Shown here piece by piece: positions 39,817-48,545 of a stretch of 64,000 nt of DNA. Position numbers and translations under genes: made by a program. How positions within the stretch are numbered: position 1 is the first letter of the stretch; the number at the start of each line of letters is the position of its first letter. The notes beneath the pieces are model-generated. The model saw nothing but the letters and a program-made list of their open reading frames with translations. It searched no databases and was not told the origin of the DNA. This stretch comes from Bacillota bacterium (GTDB lineage Bacteria > Bacillota > Ch66 > Ch109), in the NCBI GenBank assembly GCA_050952625.1, contig JBMNLH010000004.1, positions 96,001 through 160,000 of the forward strand, written 5' to 3'.

Positions 39817-40785
39817 TCAGGTCTCACGCCCGGGGCTGTTCTGATTTTTTTTGCCGGTTAGAGCGGCTAAGGCCTGATTGGCACTAACCCGGACCAACCA
39901 ATCACGGTCCTTCCGGGCTTCATTAAGGGCTGATAACGCTCCCCACCACTCCAGGCATCCGAGAGCTTGAGCTGCTCTGGCTCGAACCTCTGGGACCGGA
40001 TCCTGCAAGACGTCGACTAATTGAGGTCCGGCTTCGATAACCCTCATTTCTCCCAACGCTTGGACAGCCTTGCTGCGGACCCAGGGAGATTCATCTCTAA
40101 TTCCATTGATCAGGCTCTCAACTGCTCGATTATCCCCGATCTGCCCCAGGATCTCCAAGCAAATCCCCCGCGCCTTTTCTTCCATATGCGGATAAGCATC
40201 CAGCAAGGGTTTCACCGCGTGTGACCCCATTGAGATAAGGACATCAGCCACCCTAGCAGGAGTAACCTCAGTCGGCTCTTCTAGTGCCTTAAGCAAAGGC
40301 TCAATCACTGATGGTTCCTGAATTCGACATAGAGCGGCGGAGGCAGCCCAGCGAACCTCTTCTTCAGGATCACTGAGTAAATCTATAAGCGGCATCACCC
40401 CATTGGGAGATTGTAAAATGCCTAGCATTTCTACGGCCTGCGCTCGTTTCTGATGATTCTGACTGCTGATCTGGTCCAAGGCGAGGTCAACATACCCCAA
40501 ACGCGCCAAGAGATTAACTACTGCGCCCTGACGTTCTCTTGACCATTCAAAGAAATCGCTTTGAATGACCCGCATGACCATGGAGGGTTCGGCTTTTTCT
40601 ATTAAATGGATTTGTTTATAGGAAAGGGCTCCACTCCCACGAGATAAGGCATTGCTTAATCTAGCTATTTCCGCCACCTGTTTGTCTGGAACTGCTCTAG
40701 GGCGCAGTTTGCCGACTAAAAAGATTGACGGTAATAAGGCCAGGACAATACCCGCCAAGGCAGCCACCCACCAAGGTATCTCCAT
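39817..40785 (-). CDS. Membrane-anchored HEAT (PBS lyase-like) repeat protein
   Basis: N-terminal TM helix; repeats D....VR..AA.ALG; ATG at 40785 behind AAAGGGG. Confidence 0.85.
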   Translation of the reverse strand: MEIPWWVAALAGIVLALLPSIFLVGKLRPRAVPDKQVAEIARLSNALSRGSGALSYKQIHLIEKAEPSMVMRVIQSDFFEWSRERQGAVVNLLARLGYVDLALDQISSQNHQKRAQAVEMLGILQSPNGVMPLIDLLSDPEEEVRWAASAALCRIQEPSVIEPLLKALEEPTEVTPARVADVLISMGSHAVKPLLDAYPHMEEKARGICLEILGQIGDNRAVESLINGIRDESPWVRSKAVQALGEMRVIEAGPQLVDVLQDPVPEVRARAAQALGCLEWWGALSALNEARKDRDWLVRVSANQALAALTGKKNQNSPGRET

Positions 40786-40816
40786 GATACGTCCCCTTTC
40801 CTTAATCACTCGAGGA

Positions 40817-41860
40817 TTAACGACCGCAAACCAGAATGGAAAACGATTCTGGTTCTCGCACCCGCCCCACAACCCAACCGGATTGTCCTTGGGCGTGCAG
40901 TTGGCGCAACAGGCCGTCGGCTTGGTCCTCCGCAAGGGAGATCAGTAAACCGCCGGACGTCTGCGGATCAAAAAGGCCGTCTTTGGCGTCTTCTTCAACC
41001 AGGCCGTTAAAGCCTACCCGGTCTTTCAGATAATGCTGGTTAGTGTAGGCCCCGGCCGGAATTAAACCCATTTTGGCCATGTCCCGGGCCTGAGGCAACC
41101 AGGGAATACTCTCAACCCAGATCTCCAGGGTGCATCGACTGGCGGTGGCCAGTTCATAAGCATGCCCTAATAAACCAAAGCCGGTAATATCCGTGGCGGC
41201 TCGGACGCTAAATTCTTGCATTGTCTCCGCGGCCACCTTATTTAACAGAACCATTGAGTCAATGGCCGGTTGAATATCTGCCTCATTTAAAACTTCCCCC
41301 TTAAGGGCTGTCACCAGAATGCCAGTCCCCAGGGGCTTGGTTAACACTAGGAGTTCACCAGGCTGAGCTCCCTGATTAGTTACTATTTGATTCGGATGAA
41401 CTACTCCAGTAACGGCCAGCCCGTACTTCGGTTCCGGGTCCTCAATGGTATGGCCGCCGAGAATAACGGCCCCCGCCTGGCGGACCTTATCGGCCCCGCC
41501 GGCCAGGATCTGTCCCAGGATTTGAAGATCCAGACAGTTGACCGGAAAGCAGACAATATTCATCGCGGTCAGCGGCTTGCCTCCCATCGCGTAAATATCG
41601 CTCAAAGCATTAGCCGCCGCGATTTGCCCAAAGACAAAGGGATCGTCAATCACCGGGGTGAAAAAGTCAACAGTTTGCACTAAAGCAGTCTCTTGATTAA
41701 GCTGATATACCCCAGCGTCGTCTGGGGTTTCTAGTCCTACCAACACCTCCGGGTAATTAAAGCCCGGTAAATTGCTTAGAATACTGGCCAGGGTCCCCGG
41801 ACCCACCTTGGCCGCTCAGCCGGCTGCAGTGACTAATTCAGTTAGTCTTTTAGCTGTCAT
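40817..41860 (-). CDS. selD: Selenide, water dikinase, selenocysteine-containing (UGA at codon 15)
   Basis: ATG at 41860: MTAKRLTELVTAAG-U-AAKVGPG (TGA at 41816-41818), then DDAGV, QTVDFFTP, ANALSD, TDITGFGLLGH, DPQTSGGLL. Confidence 0.96.
41785..41815 (-). promoter_or_regulatory. Bacterial SECIS hairpin 3' of the selD UGA
   Basis: GGCCA-AGGT-GGGTCC-GG-GGACCC-TGGCC stem-loop directly after the TGA. Confidence 0.75.
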
Positions 41861-41947
41861 AACCCTGGTGTCACCACCTTCGATTAACACACATATATAC
41901 AATAAAACTGATCATTATTACGAGTATAGCTCAAAAACCAGCCGGCT

Positions 41948-42679
41948 TCAAACAAGATTTGTCCCTAACTTGCCATAAGGACAAACTGCCAAACATTTCC
42001 CGCAGACTCTTTTGCCAAACTGGGCCCGCACCTGATTCTGATATTGGTCACAAAGTTCCGGTTTTAACCGCACAGCCAGTTCTTCTGCCGGATTAAAGGC
42101 CCGTCCGGCAATGGCTCCAGCCGGACAGACATCAAAGCACAACTGACAGTTTCCACATCGATCAGCAATAGGCTGGTCCGCCGACAACGGCGCATCAGTT
42201 AGGACCGTAACCAACCGAAGCCGCGGACCAAAAACTGGGTTAACCAAGGACCCGCTTTTCCCGATCCAACCTAGTCCCGCCAGCCTAGCTGCCAAGCGGT
42301 GGGGAAAAATACCGGCTAATCGATCCCGGGAAACCCGTTGGGAGGCGGGAATTGGAAAAGCCCGAAACCCCTGACGCTGCAGATAACTGGTTAACCTTAG
42401 AGCCAGATCATCCAACCGAACATTAACCACCCGGTAATAATGCAGGTAGGTATGCGTAGGTCCTTGCAGCAATTCTTCAATTACTTCTCGCGGAAAGCTA
42501 ACGGCCAGCGAAACCGCCCGATTCAGGCCAGTAAAACTACGGCCAAATTCTTGTTCTAGATAGTTGCTGGCCTCCGATAAGTCAGCCACCCCGAACAAAT
42601 CTGCTCCCCAGGCTATAGCCAGTCTATTTAGGGTGTCCTTGAGTTTTTGATAATTAGCTGATTTTTGTTTATCGTTCAT
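41948..42679 (-). CDS. QueG / reductive-dehalogenase-like 4Fe-4S protein
   Basis: GADLFGVA, HRLAARLAGLGWIGK, FGPRLRL.TVLTDAPL, CGNCQLCFDVCP, CGKCLAVCP. Confidence 0.85.
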   Translation of the reverse strand: MNDKQKSANYQKLKDTLNRLAIAWGADLFGVADLSEASNYLEQEFGRSFTGLNRAVSLAVSFPREVIEELLQGPTHTYLHYYRVVNVRLDDLALRLTSYLQRQGFRAFPIPASQRVSRDRLAGIFPHRLAARLAGLGWIGKSGSLVNPVFGPRLRLVTVLTDAPLSADQPIADRCGNCQLCFDVCPAGAIAGRAFNPAEELAVRLKPELCDQYQNQVRAQFGKRVCGKCLAVCPYGKLGTNLV

Positions 42680-42695
42680 AATTCCTACCTTATAT

Positions 42696-42865
42696 ACGCT
42701 TGTGTTTTAACTCGGTCAGCAGACTAAACTGGGAATGAACTTCGTCGGCTTCGGGCAGGCATCAAACTCGCCTTGCAGGCTCAAACAGTGATGCCTGCTG
42801 ATCCTCAGCTGCCTCAGTTCTCTAATGTAAAACGTCAATCGCTGACCGAGTTAAAACACAAGCGT
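42696..42865 (-). repeat. Full solo copy of repeat family A with perfect 25-bp terminal inverted repeats (MITE-like)
   Basis: acgcttgtgttttaactcggtcagc ... gctgaccgagttaaaacacaagcgt. Confidence 0.9.
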
Positions 42866-43008
42866 TAGATTTTTTTCTGAACTCAGTCAGCAGGCTAGAC
42901 TGGGAACGAAAAAATAATATAAATCGCCAATCGCTGACCTTCGTTAAAACACGGCGCGTTAGAATTTTTTTCTGAACTCGGTCAGCAGGCTAGACTGGTA
43001 ACGAACCT
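42866..43008 (-). repeat. Internally deleted tandem derivatives of repeat family A
   Basis: ctgaactc(a/g)gtcagcaggctagactgg...aatcgccaatcgctgacc.....ttaaaacacggcgcgttagaat. Confidence 0.8.
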
Positions 43009-43015
43009 TAATAAC

Positions 43016-43753
43016 CTAATACTTAAACAACCACTGGGTTATTTGCACAAAAAGACTGCCGAAATGTGGAGCTAGCTGTGAAGTTTCTAAGGCCGATCCC
43101 AAGCCCTTGATTATCCCAGAATTAATTTGATTGCCTAGGAGGCCTAAGACCGGCCAGATTAGCATAAACAAACCGAAGAGCAAGGTAAATATTAACCCCT
43201 GGGAGGTTAATGAAAAAAGAGTTCCCGCCAGCCGGTCGATGAGCCCCACTCTACCCTGTCGCCAAAAAATCAGTAATGAACCAATTAAGCGGAGTCCAAG
43301 GGTTATCCCAACCGCTAGAATTAAAAAAATCAACCCATCCTTGATTAGGCTGGCCAAGGCCTGCGAGAGCAGACTGCCCACGGTCGCAAAAACCATTTGA
43401 TTTGAATAACTAGCAATATCCACCATACAAAAACTCAGCAGGTCCTGATAATACTCGGGGAGGGGAACCTCTTGAGCCACCGCTGGCAAAAACTGAGCCG
43501 GAAAGTCTTGCAGGTCTATTCCAGCGGCCGGATGCGTCCAGTTTAAGTGTTCCCCTATCCAGTTTCCTAGACGCTGACTAAAGTCAAATTTCTGATCTAA
43601 AAACTGTCCGCAGGGTTCACAGTACCGAGCAGCGGTCCAAAACCCAACGGCCAAAGATAACAAGCCCAAAGATGTTCGCAAGAAGCCGCGGTGATAACCA
43701 ATGGCAGCGGCCCGTAAAAAAAGTACCAGAAGGAGAAGATCTAACCAATTCAA
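43016..43753 (-). CDS. CvpA-family (colicin V production) membrane protein
   Basis: MNWLDLLLL...GYHRGFL, IDRLAG, S.LAP. Confidence 0.85.
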   Translation of the reverse strand: MNWLDLLLLVLFLRAAAIGYHRGFLRTSLGLLSLAVGFWTAARYCEPCGQFLDQKFDFSQRLGNWIGEHLNWTHPAAGIDLQDFPAQFLPAVAQEVPLPEYYQDLLSFCMVDIASYSNQMVFATVGSLLSQALASLIKDGLIFLILAVGITLGLRLIGSLLIFWRQGRVGLIDRLAGTLFSLTSQGLIFTLLFGLFMLIWPVLGLLGNQINSGIIKGLGSALETSQLAPHFGSLFVQITQWLFKY

Positions 43754-43773
43754 TTAATTCATCACTCCTTCGT

Positions 43774-43910
43774 TGCTTGTGTTTTAACTCGGTCAGCAGG
43801 CTAGACAGGGAACGAAAAAATAATGTAAATCGCCAATCGCTGACCTCCGTTAAAACACGGCGCGTTAGAATTTTTCTGAACTCGGCTAGCAGATTAGGCC
43901 GGGAACGAAA
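43774..43910 (-). repeat. Short derivatives of repeat family A upstream of cvpA
   Basis: gcttgtgttttaactcggtcagcaggctagac...ttaaaacacggcgcgttagaat, near-identical to 42880-43000. Confidence 0.85.
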
Positions 43911-44044
43911 ATAAATAAGATGAAAATAAATAATGTTATAGATTTGACGCGACTCCTCTAAATTCCTGCATTGAGCAAAACAAACCCGACAGAAGGGCGT
44001 ATGATGTGGAACATTCGTTTCGCTTAGAGGTGAGGGTCTTTCTG

Positions 44045-44093
44045 GCGTACAGAAAAAAAGGAAGCCACCTAGACTTCCGTTTTTTCTGTACGC
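44045..44093. terminator. Long palindrome downstream of the KaiC module (terminator or repeat element)
   Basis: gcgtacagaaaaaa.ggaag...cttcc.ttttttctgtacgc. Confidence 0.6.
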
Positions 44094-44140
44094 TGCTGAA
44101 GGAAATTTGACGCGAATATTGACTTTTCGCTATTCCCGAC

Positions 44141-45922
44141 TTATTTAATCAAAAGATCGTTCAGGGCAATTTTTTCCCTTAGTTGCCCCATTTCTAATAA
44201 GGCTTCTTGTACCTCGTTCAACTCCGACAAATTCGGTTTGAGGTTAGTATAAATGATTCTTTGCTTATCTTCTAACAAACAGTTACGGGCAATATCTTCC
44301 GCAACATTGAAATACTTGGCCGCAATACTAGCTGCCCATAACCGATCATTCTCAATGATGCTGCCGGCAGTGATGAGTTCGTTTCTTAACTCTCGCACAA
44401 TATCCGGGTGCCGATTATAAAAACCTTGATTGACCACCATGGCACAACACAAATGCTCCGGCCAGATCTCTCGTGAGGAAACCAGGATCCGGCCGACGCC
44501 AGCTCGTTCCACCTGAGAAATAAAGGGCTCTGAACAAAAGAACCCGTCAATCTCCTCATTTTCTAGATTCAAAATCATATTAGGCGAGGGGACCGAAACG
44601 GTTCGGTAGGTTAGCCCCGAATTTTTCATCCACTTGTGCAACAGCAAACCTTCAGTGCCCAGTTTACTGGGAATAGCAATCAACAGAGGACTCTGATTTT
44701 CCCGCAAAAGAACCTGCCGGTCAGTAAAGTTTGGCTCGACCACCAAACAACCGCCATTACGGTGTCCGAAGCAAACCAGCTTAAGCAGCACACCCTGCTG
44801 GCGATAATTCAACACCGCTGGAAGCATCATAAAACCGGCGTCAACCTGACCCTCCACCACAGCCTGGTTAAGCTCGCGCCAGTAGATATAAGGTGTAAGC
44901 TCAACTTTTAAGCGGGGATTTTTGCAAAAAAGCAATTCCTGCGCCACCGGCAGGGTTAGGTGGTCCATACTTGGTATGTAGCCTATGCGGATGGAAACGG
45001 TTTTTAATTGTTTAAAATCAATTGGATTATTAAGGTGCGCCGGGGAAACCACAAAACGACAGGCACTATCCCCTTTGGCCACACAATCGGTTTCTTCACA
45101 ATTCACTTCCGCCTGGCACAAACGAGAAACTAAGCCGGCCAAAAAGCCTCGGGTAAACTCATCCATTGCCTGGAGGGAACTGGCCTCCGTTCCCTGAAGC
45201 AACTCGTTCCCCTTAAAGTAAACCTCTTGATTTTCTTCATCTAGTTTTTCTAATTCAATTTTACCTAGTCCGCCAGCGGCAAATTGTTCGAGACAGTCCT
45301 GAAGATCCCCGGTTAACCCCCGGGCAAAACGCCGGCCGGTTTTCTCCACAGAACCTTCCTGCAACCGCTCCATCTGCTCAGTAAAAATCCGCAGCAGTCT
45401 CAGAACCTGGGACTTGGTAAACAGTTGCGCTCGCGGTTTAGAGGTGGGAAACAATTCGCAGGCACATTTAACCGCTGGATTAGTCTCAATTATGGTGTAA
45501 TCGAATTCTTGACCTAAACACTCTCGAATAATCCCGACGAAAGTGAGGACGCGGATGCAAATCGCCCGTTTTTTAGCTCGCAATTGACAGGTAATCGCAT
45601 AGGGGCAGTTAGGACCCACGACCATGCGAATTCGCCCGGCTGGCAACCGGGAGAAAGAGACATTAGCCTCCTCCAGCAAACCCTCTTTTTCTAAAAGGTC
45701 CCGGTACCAGCGCATTATATCCAATGGTTTTCGAATCTCCCCACTGTTGGCTTCCAACCGGTTGATTAATTGATTGGCCGCCATCTCAGAAGCCATGGCC
45801 AGTACAGAGTGGGGTTCTCCTAAATCGTCACCAATACATCCCAGAGCGTTTACCCAGTAGTTCATTCTAGCATTTTCGGATTTTAGCTGATGCAGCAACC
45901 TTTTCGTTAAGTCCTCAGTCAC
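44141..45922 (-). CDS. Cytoplasmic multi-sensor fusion: MetOD1-like domain + V4R + NrtA/CmpA/NasS-type (NMT1-like) binding domain
   Basis: NCPY...IC...C N-terminal domain; V4R FTRGFLAG...EETDCVAKGDSACRF; IRIGYIP..DH, GHRNG, EPF, IWPEHLCC; no signal peptide or lipobox. Confidence 0.75.
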   Translation of the reverse strand: MTEDLTKRLLHQLKSENARMNYWVNALGCIGDDLGEPHSVLAMASEMAANQLINRLEANSGEIRKPLDIMRWYRDLLEKEGLLEEANVSFSRLPAGRIRMVVGPNCPYAITCQLRAKKRAICIRVLTFVGIIRECLGQEFDYTIIETNPAVKCACELFPTSKPRAQLFTKSQVLRLLRIFTEQMERLQEGSVEKTGRRFARGLTGDLQDCLEQFAAGGLGKIELEKLDEENQEVYFKGNELLQGTEASSLQAMDEFTRGFLAGLVSRLCQAEVNCEETDCVAKGDSACRFVVSPAHLNNPIDFKQLKTVSIRIGYIPSMDHLTLPVAQELLFCKNPRLKVELTPYIYWRELNQAVVEGQVDAGFMMLPAVLNYRQQGVLLKLVCFGHRNGGCLVVEPNFTDRQVLLRENQSPLLIAIPSKLGTEGLLLHKWMKNSGLTYRTVSVPSPNMILNLENEEIDGFFCSEPFISQVERAGVGRILVSSREIWPEHLCCAMVVNQGFYNRHPDIVRELRNELITAGSIIENDRLWAASIAAKYFNVAEDIARNCLLEDKQRIIYTNLKPNLSELNEVQEALLEMGQLREKIALNDLLIK

Positions 45923-45933
45923 AGGCTCACTTC

Positions 45934-46653
45934 CTATCTAAAGTAGAAATCCTTATCCACAACTAAGCCTACCCCCCGTTTAATACAACACGGGAACGGA
46001 CGAGGATCATAGCCGGCGGTCCGCAACTTATGCAGCCGTAAATTACGTTGCGGAACTCCTCCCCTTTCATCCGGGAAGAATAGGTCAAGACAAACATCAT
46101 AAGCATTAGTTAAGGCGTACATCCCCGCTTCTTCCAGGGTCCCCTTTAGATACATATCCATAATTACCACATCGGGTTCGCGCAGGAGCCGATTCTTATC
46201 CTGAACCAAGGCTAAAAACTCTTTGGTTGAATAAACAGCCGATATAGAGGTTAAGGAATCTAGAACGACCCGGCAAGGCTTTTTCATTTGCCTGACGACC
46301 CGGGTAATAACATACAGAAATTCCTGCGCATCGCCTCGGTCTTTGATACAGACCACGCGTGGATCGGAAGATTCATAGGTATCTATAAAGATTAGCCGGC
46401 CCTCTCTCTCGTAGGGATCAGAGACAAAACCAAAAAAATTTAAATCTTCCCGCACCCGAGCGGCTGGCTCGTCGCAGGCGACATACACCGCCGATTCCCC
46501 TTGCCTGAGGCCTTGTACCATAAACTGGAATCCAAGCGTGCTCTTGCCCGCTCCGGACTCCCCTCGTACCTGCCAGATAGTGCCAAATGGAATCTTACCC
46601 CGAACAATTCCCTCAAGAGGAGAAAAACAAACCCCTTGATTGAGTTCACCCAT
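45934..46653 (-). CDS. Single-domain KaiC/RAD55-like RecA-family ATPase
   Basis: GESGAGKST, AVYVACDE, RVVLDSLT, RNLRLHKLR. Confidence 0.85.
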   Translation of the reverse strand: MGELNQGVCFSPLEGIVRGKIPFGTIWQVRGESGAGKSTLGFQFMVQGLRQGESAVYVACDEPAARVREDLNFFGFVSDPYEREGRLIFIDTYESSDPRVVCIKDRGDAQEFLYVITRVVRQMKKPCRVVLDSLTSISAVYSTKEFLALVQDKNRLLREPDVVIMDMYLKGTLEEAGMYALTNAYDVCLDLFFPDERGGVPQRNLRLHKLRTAGYDPRPFPCCIKRGVGLVVDKDFYFR

Positions 46654-46681
46654 AAGAATCTACCCCTTTTCCTCTTTTCCC

Positions 46682-48061
46682 TTACTTGACGTAAAAGATA
46701 CGGATACCTTCTTCGGTAATTTCCATCCGGTATCGGCCGGTTACATGCTTTTGATTCCTAAGCTTATAAACCTCAATGTACCGCTTCCGGGAGCCCTGAA
46801 TCGACTCGGTCCCCAGAATAATCACACCATCACAAAGTGATTCCTCTACGCCAAAACGACCAATCTGATTTGATCCATACAGAGAGGGACTAATCAAAAA
46901 TGAGTTGCAACCATGATACTTAATAATCCGGGTTAACCGGGCAATCTTTTCCGAAACCAGACGCAAGTCATGACTCACCGTATGCATTAGCGTCGGCAAG
47001 GTATCGACCACCACGATTGAGGGAGAATGCGTCTGCATTAATTCATTAATCCGAAAAAGGTACTCTTCGATATCAACTCGGGCAAAATCTTCGTAGCTAA
47101 CAATTAACTGCCCTTTGGCAGTAAGTTCCCGAAAATTCCAGCCATAGCTCTCTGTCCGCTCAAAAATATGCTCGGGTGACTCTTCATGGAGAAATAAGAC
47201 AGCTTTGCGTCTAGAATCCTGCAGAACATTATTAATCGTTTGTAAAGATAAAGTAGTCTTCCCTACCCCGGCTGGACCGCAGAGCAAAACATTGCTGCCC
47301 AAGGGCATACCGTCTCCCAATAGGTCATCCAGTCCTTCGATCCCGGTTTTTAAAACCCCTTGAAAGAGTTGGAATTCAGGCAAGACCGGGGCCTGCCTCG
47401 GAAAGACCTGCAAGCCATCCGACGCAAAACGAAAGCCATGTTTCCCCGGCAGATGCTCATGGCCTCTGCTTTTGAGTACTTCAATCAAGCGGCGCCGGCC
47501 TTCGGTCGGGGTTTCCTGATAAGAAAGAGTAATAATTGTGTCCACCAAATACTCTTCGAAGCCGGTCGCTCCTTTGACAGACATTTCCTTTGTAAAAATG
47601 ACGGTTAAGCCCATTCGCTTCAAAGAATTGATCATACTAAACATTAATTCACGGAGGCTGGTTTCTTCAACGGTTATCCTCTGAAAGTGGGTGAAACTAT
47701 CGATCAGAATTCTTTTGATTCCCAGGCGTTCAATCAACTGGTAGATCGGCCCGCTAGGCTGCAATAACTGATCACTAATAACCTGCGGCGAGGTACAAAT
47801 TACCCGCAGCCGGTTTTCCCGCTCCATCGCTCGTAGATCCCAACCAAACCGGGCCGCATCGCGGTAGATCTGTTCCGGAAATTGCTCAAATGTAAGAATC
47901 ATTCCGGGTTCGCCCGAAAGAATCCCTTCGACAATGGTCTGCACTCCCAGGGTTGTCTTGCCGCAACCAGGGGAACCCTCGATCAGGATTGAGCTACCGG
48001 CGATAAAACCACCACAGAGAATCCTATCCAATCCTTTAATCCCTGTTGAAATTTGCAGCAT
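46682..48061 (-). CDS. Double-domain KaiC-like ATPase
   Basis: ISTGIKGLD..GSPGCGKT..IDS..EEYLVD..EVLKSRG, then KTGIEGLD..GPAGVGKT..HEE..VVDT..EESLCD..EVYKLRN. Confidence 0.9.
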   Translation of the reverse strand: MLQISTGIKGLDRILCGGFIAGSSILIEGSPGCGKTTLGVQTIVEGILSGEPGMILTFEQFPEQIYRDAARFGWDLRAMERENRLRVICTSPQVISDQLLQPSGPIYQLIERLGIKRILIDSFTHFQRITVEETSLRELMFSMINSLKRMGLTVIFTKEMSVKGATGFEEYLVDTIITLSYQETPTEGRRRLIEVLKSRGHEHLPGKHGFRFASDGLQVFPRQAPVLPEFQLFQGVLKTGIEGLDDLLGDGMPLGSNVLLCGPAGVGKTTLSLQTINNVLQDSRRKAVLFLHEESPEHIFERTESYGWNFRELTAKGQLIVSYEDFARVDIEEYLFRINELMQTHSPSIVVVDTLPTLMHTVSHDLRLVSEKIARLTRIIKYHGCNSFLISPSLYGSNQIGRFGVEESLCDGVIILGTESIQGSRKRYIEVYKLRNQKHVTGRYRMEITEEGIRIFYVK

Positions 48062-48066
48062 AAACG

Positions 48067-48402
48067 TCACCCCCTTTGGCCCCTATCCACTTCTTTGGAA
48101 TACTCTGGCATGGCGGTTAGCTGCGCCACCAATTCATCCATAATCTCCAAAACCGATTCCTCAGGAGAATAGGTATAAATCGCTAACAAGTCATTCCCCA
48201 TCTTCTTAACTATGCCGGTTTTATTAAGTTCTTCAAGAGCTGGCTCAACTTCATACTGATTAATTCCTACCCACCGGGCCAACCCTTCGGTAGTATCAAA
48301 CGCGCCGGGATTTCGATAAAAGAAAACAACCAGACTGCTTTGTACTACAGAACTACCTATAGAGTCAAGAAGTTGTTGAACCCTATCCTCAATAAGGTCC
48401 AT
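48067..48402 (-). CDS. Small winged-helix-like protein
   Basis: FFYRNPGAFDTTEGLARWVG...V..ALEEL...GIV (helix-turn-helix-wing pattern); GGAGG RBS; translationally coupled to the KaiC gene. Confidence 0.7.
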   Translation of the reverse strand: MDLIEDRVQQLLDSIGSSVVQSSLVVFFYRNPGAFDTTEGLARWVGINQYEVEPALEELNKTGIVKKMGNDLLAIYTYSPEESVLEIMDELVAQLTAMPEYSKEVDRGQRG

Positions 48403-48434
48403 GCATCAATCCCTCCTGCTCCCAGATAGAAGGT

Positions 48435-48469
48435 ATTCGACACAAGCCATAAAACTCCTTCTTTCGACA
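48435..48469 (-). promoter_or_regulatory. sigmaH-like promoter with two Spo0A-box (TGTCGAA) matches
   Basis: AGGA-N17-GAAT (48459 to 48435); TGTCGAA at 48436-48442 and 48463-48469 on the minus strand. Confidence 0.55.
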
Positions 48470-48545
48470 AACTCTGACACTAAAAAAGTTTGGCTTATTA
48501 TTATCATCGCTTAGCCTTGGTCAAAACATAAGGCTAGAGTTAATT

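Noticed and set aside
41948-42679. Respiratory reductive dehalogenase
   Set aside because: Too short, with no Tat signal or rdhB; it fits the QueG-like Fe-S family.
46682-48061. Bona fide circadian clock
   Set aside because: No kaiA or kaiB in the locus, non-canonical phosphosites and no C-terminal tail.
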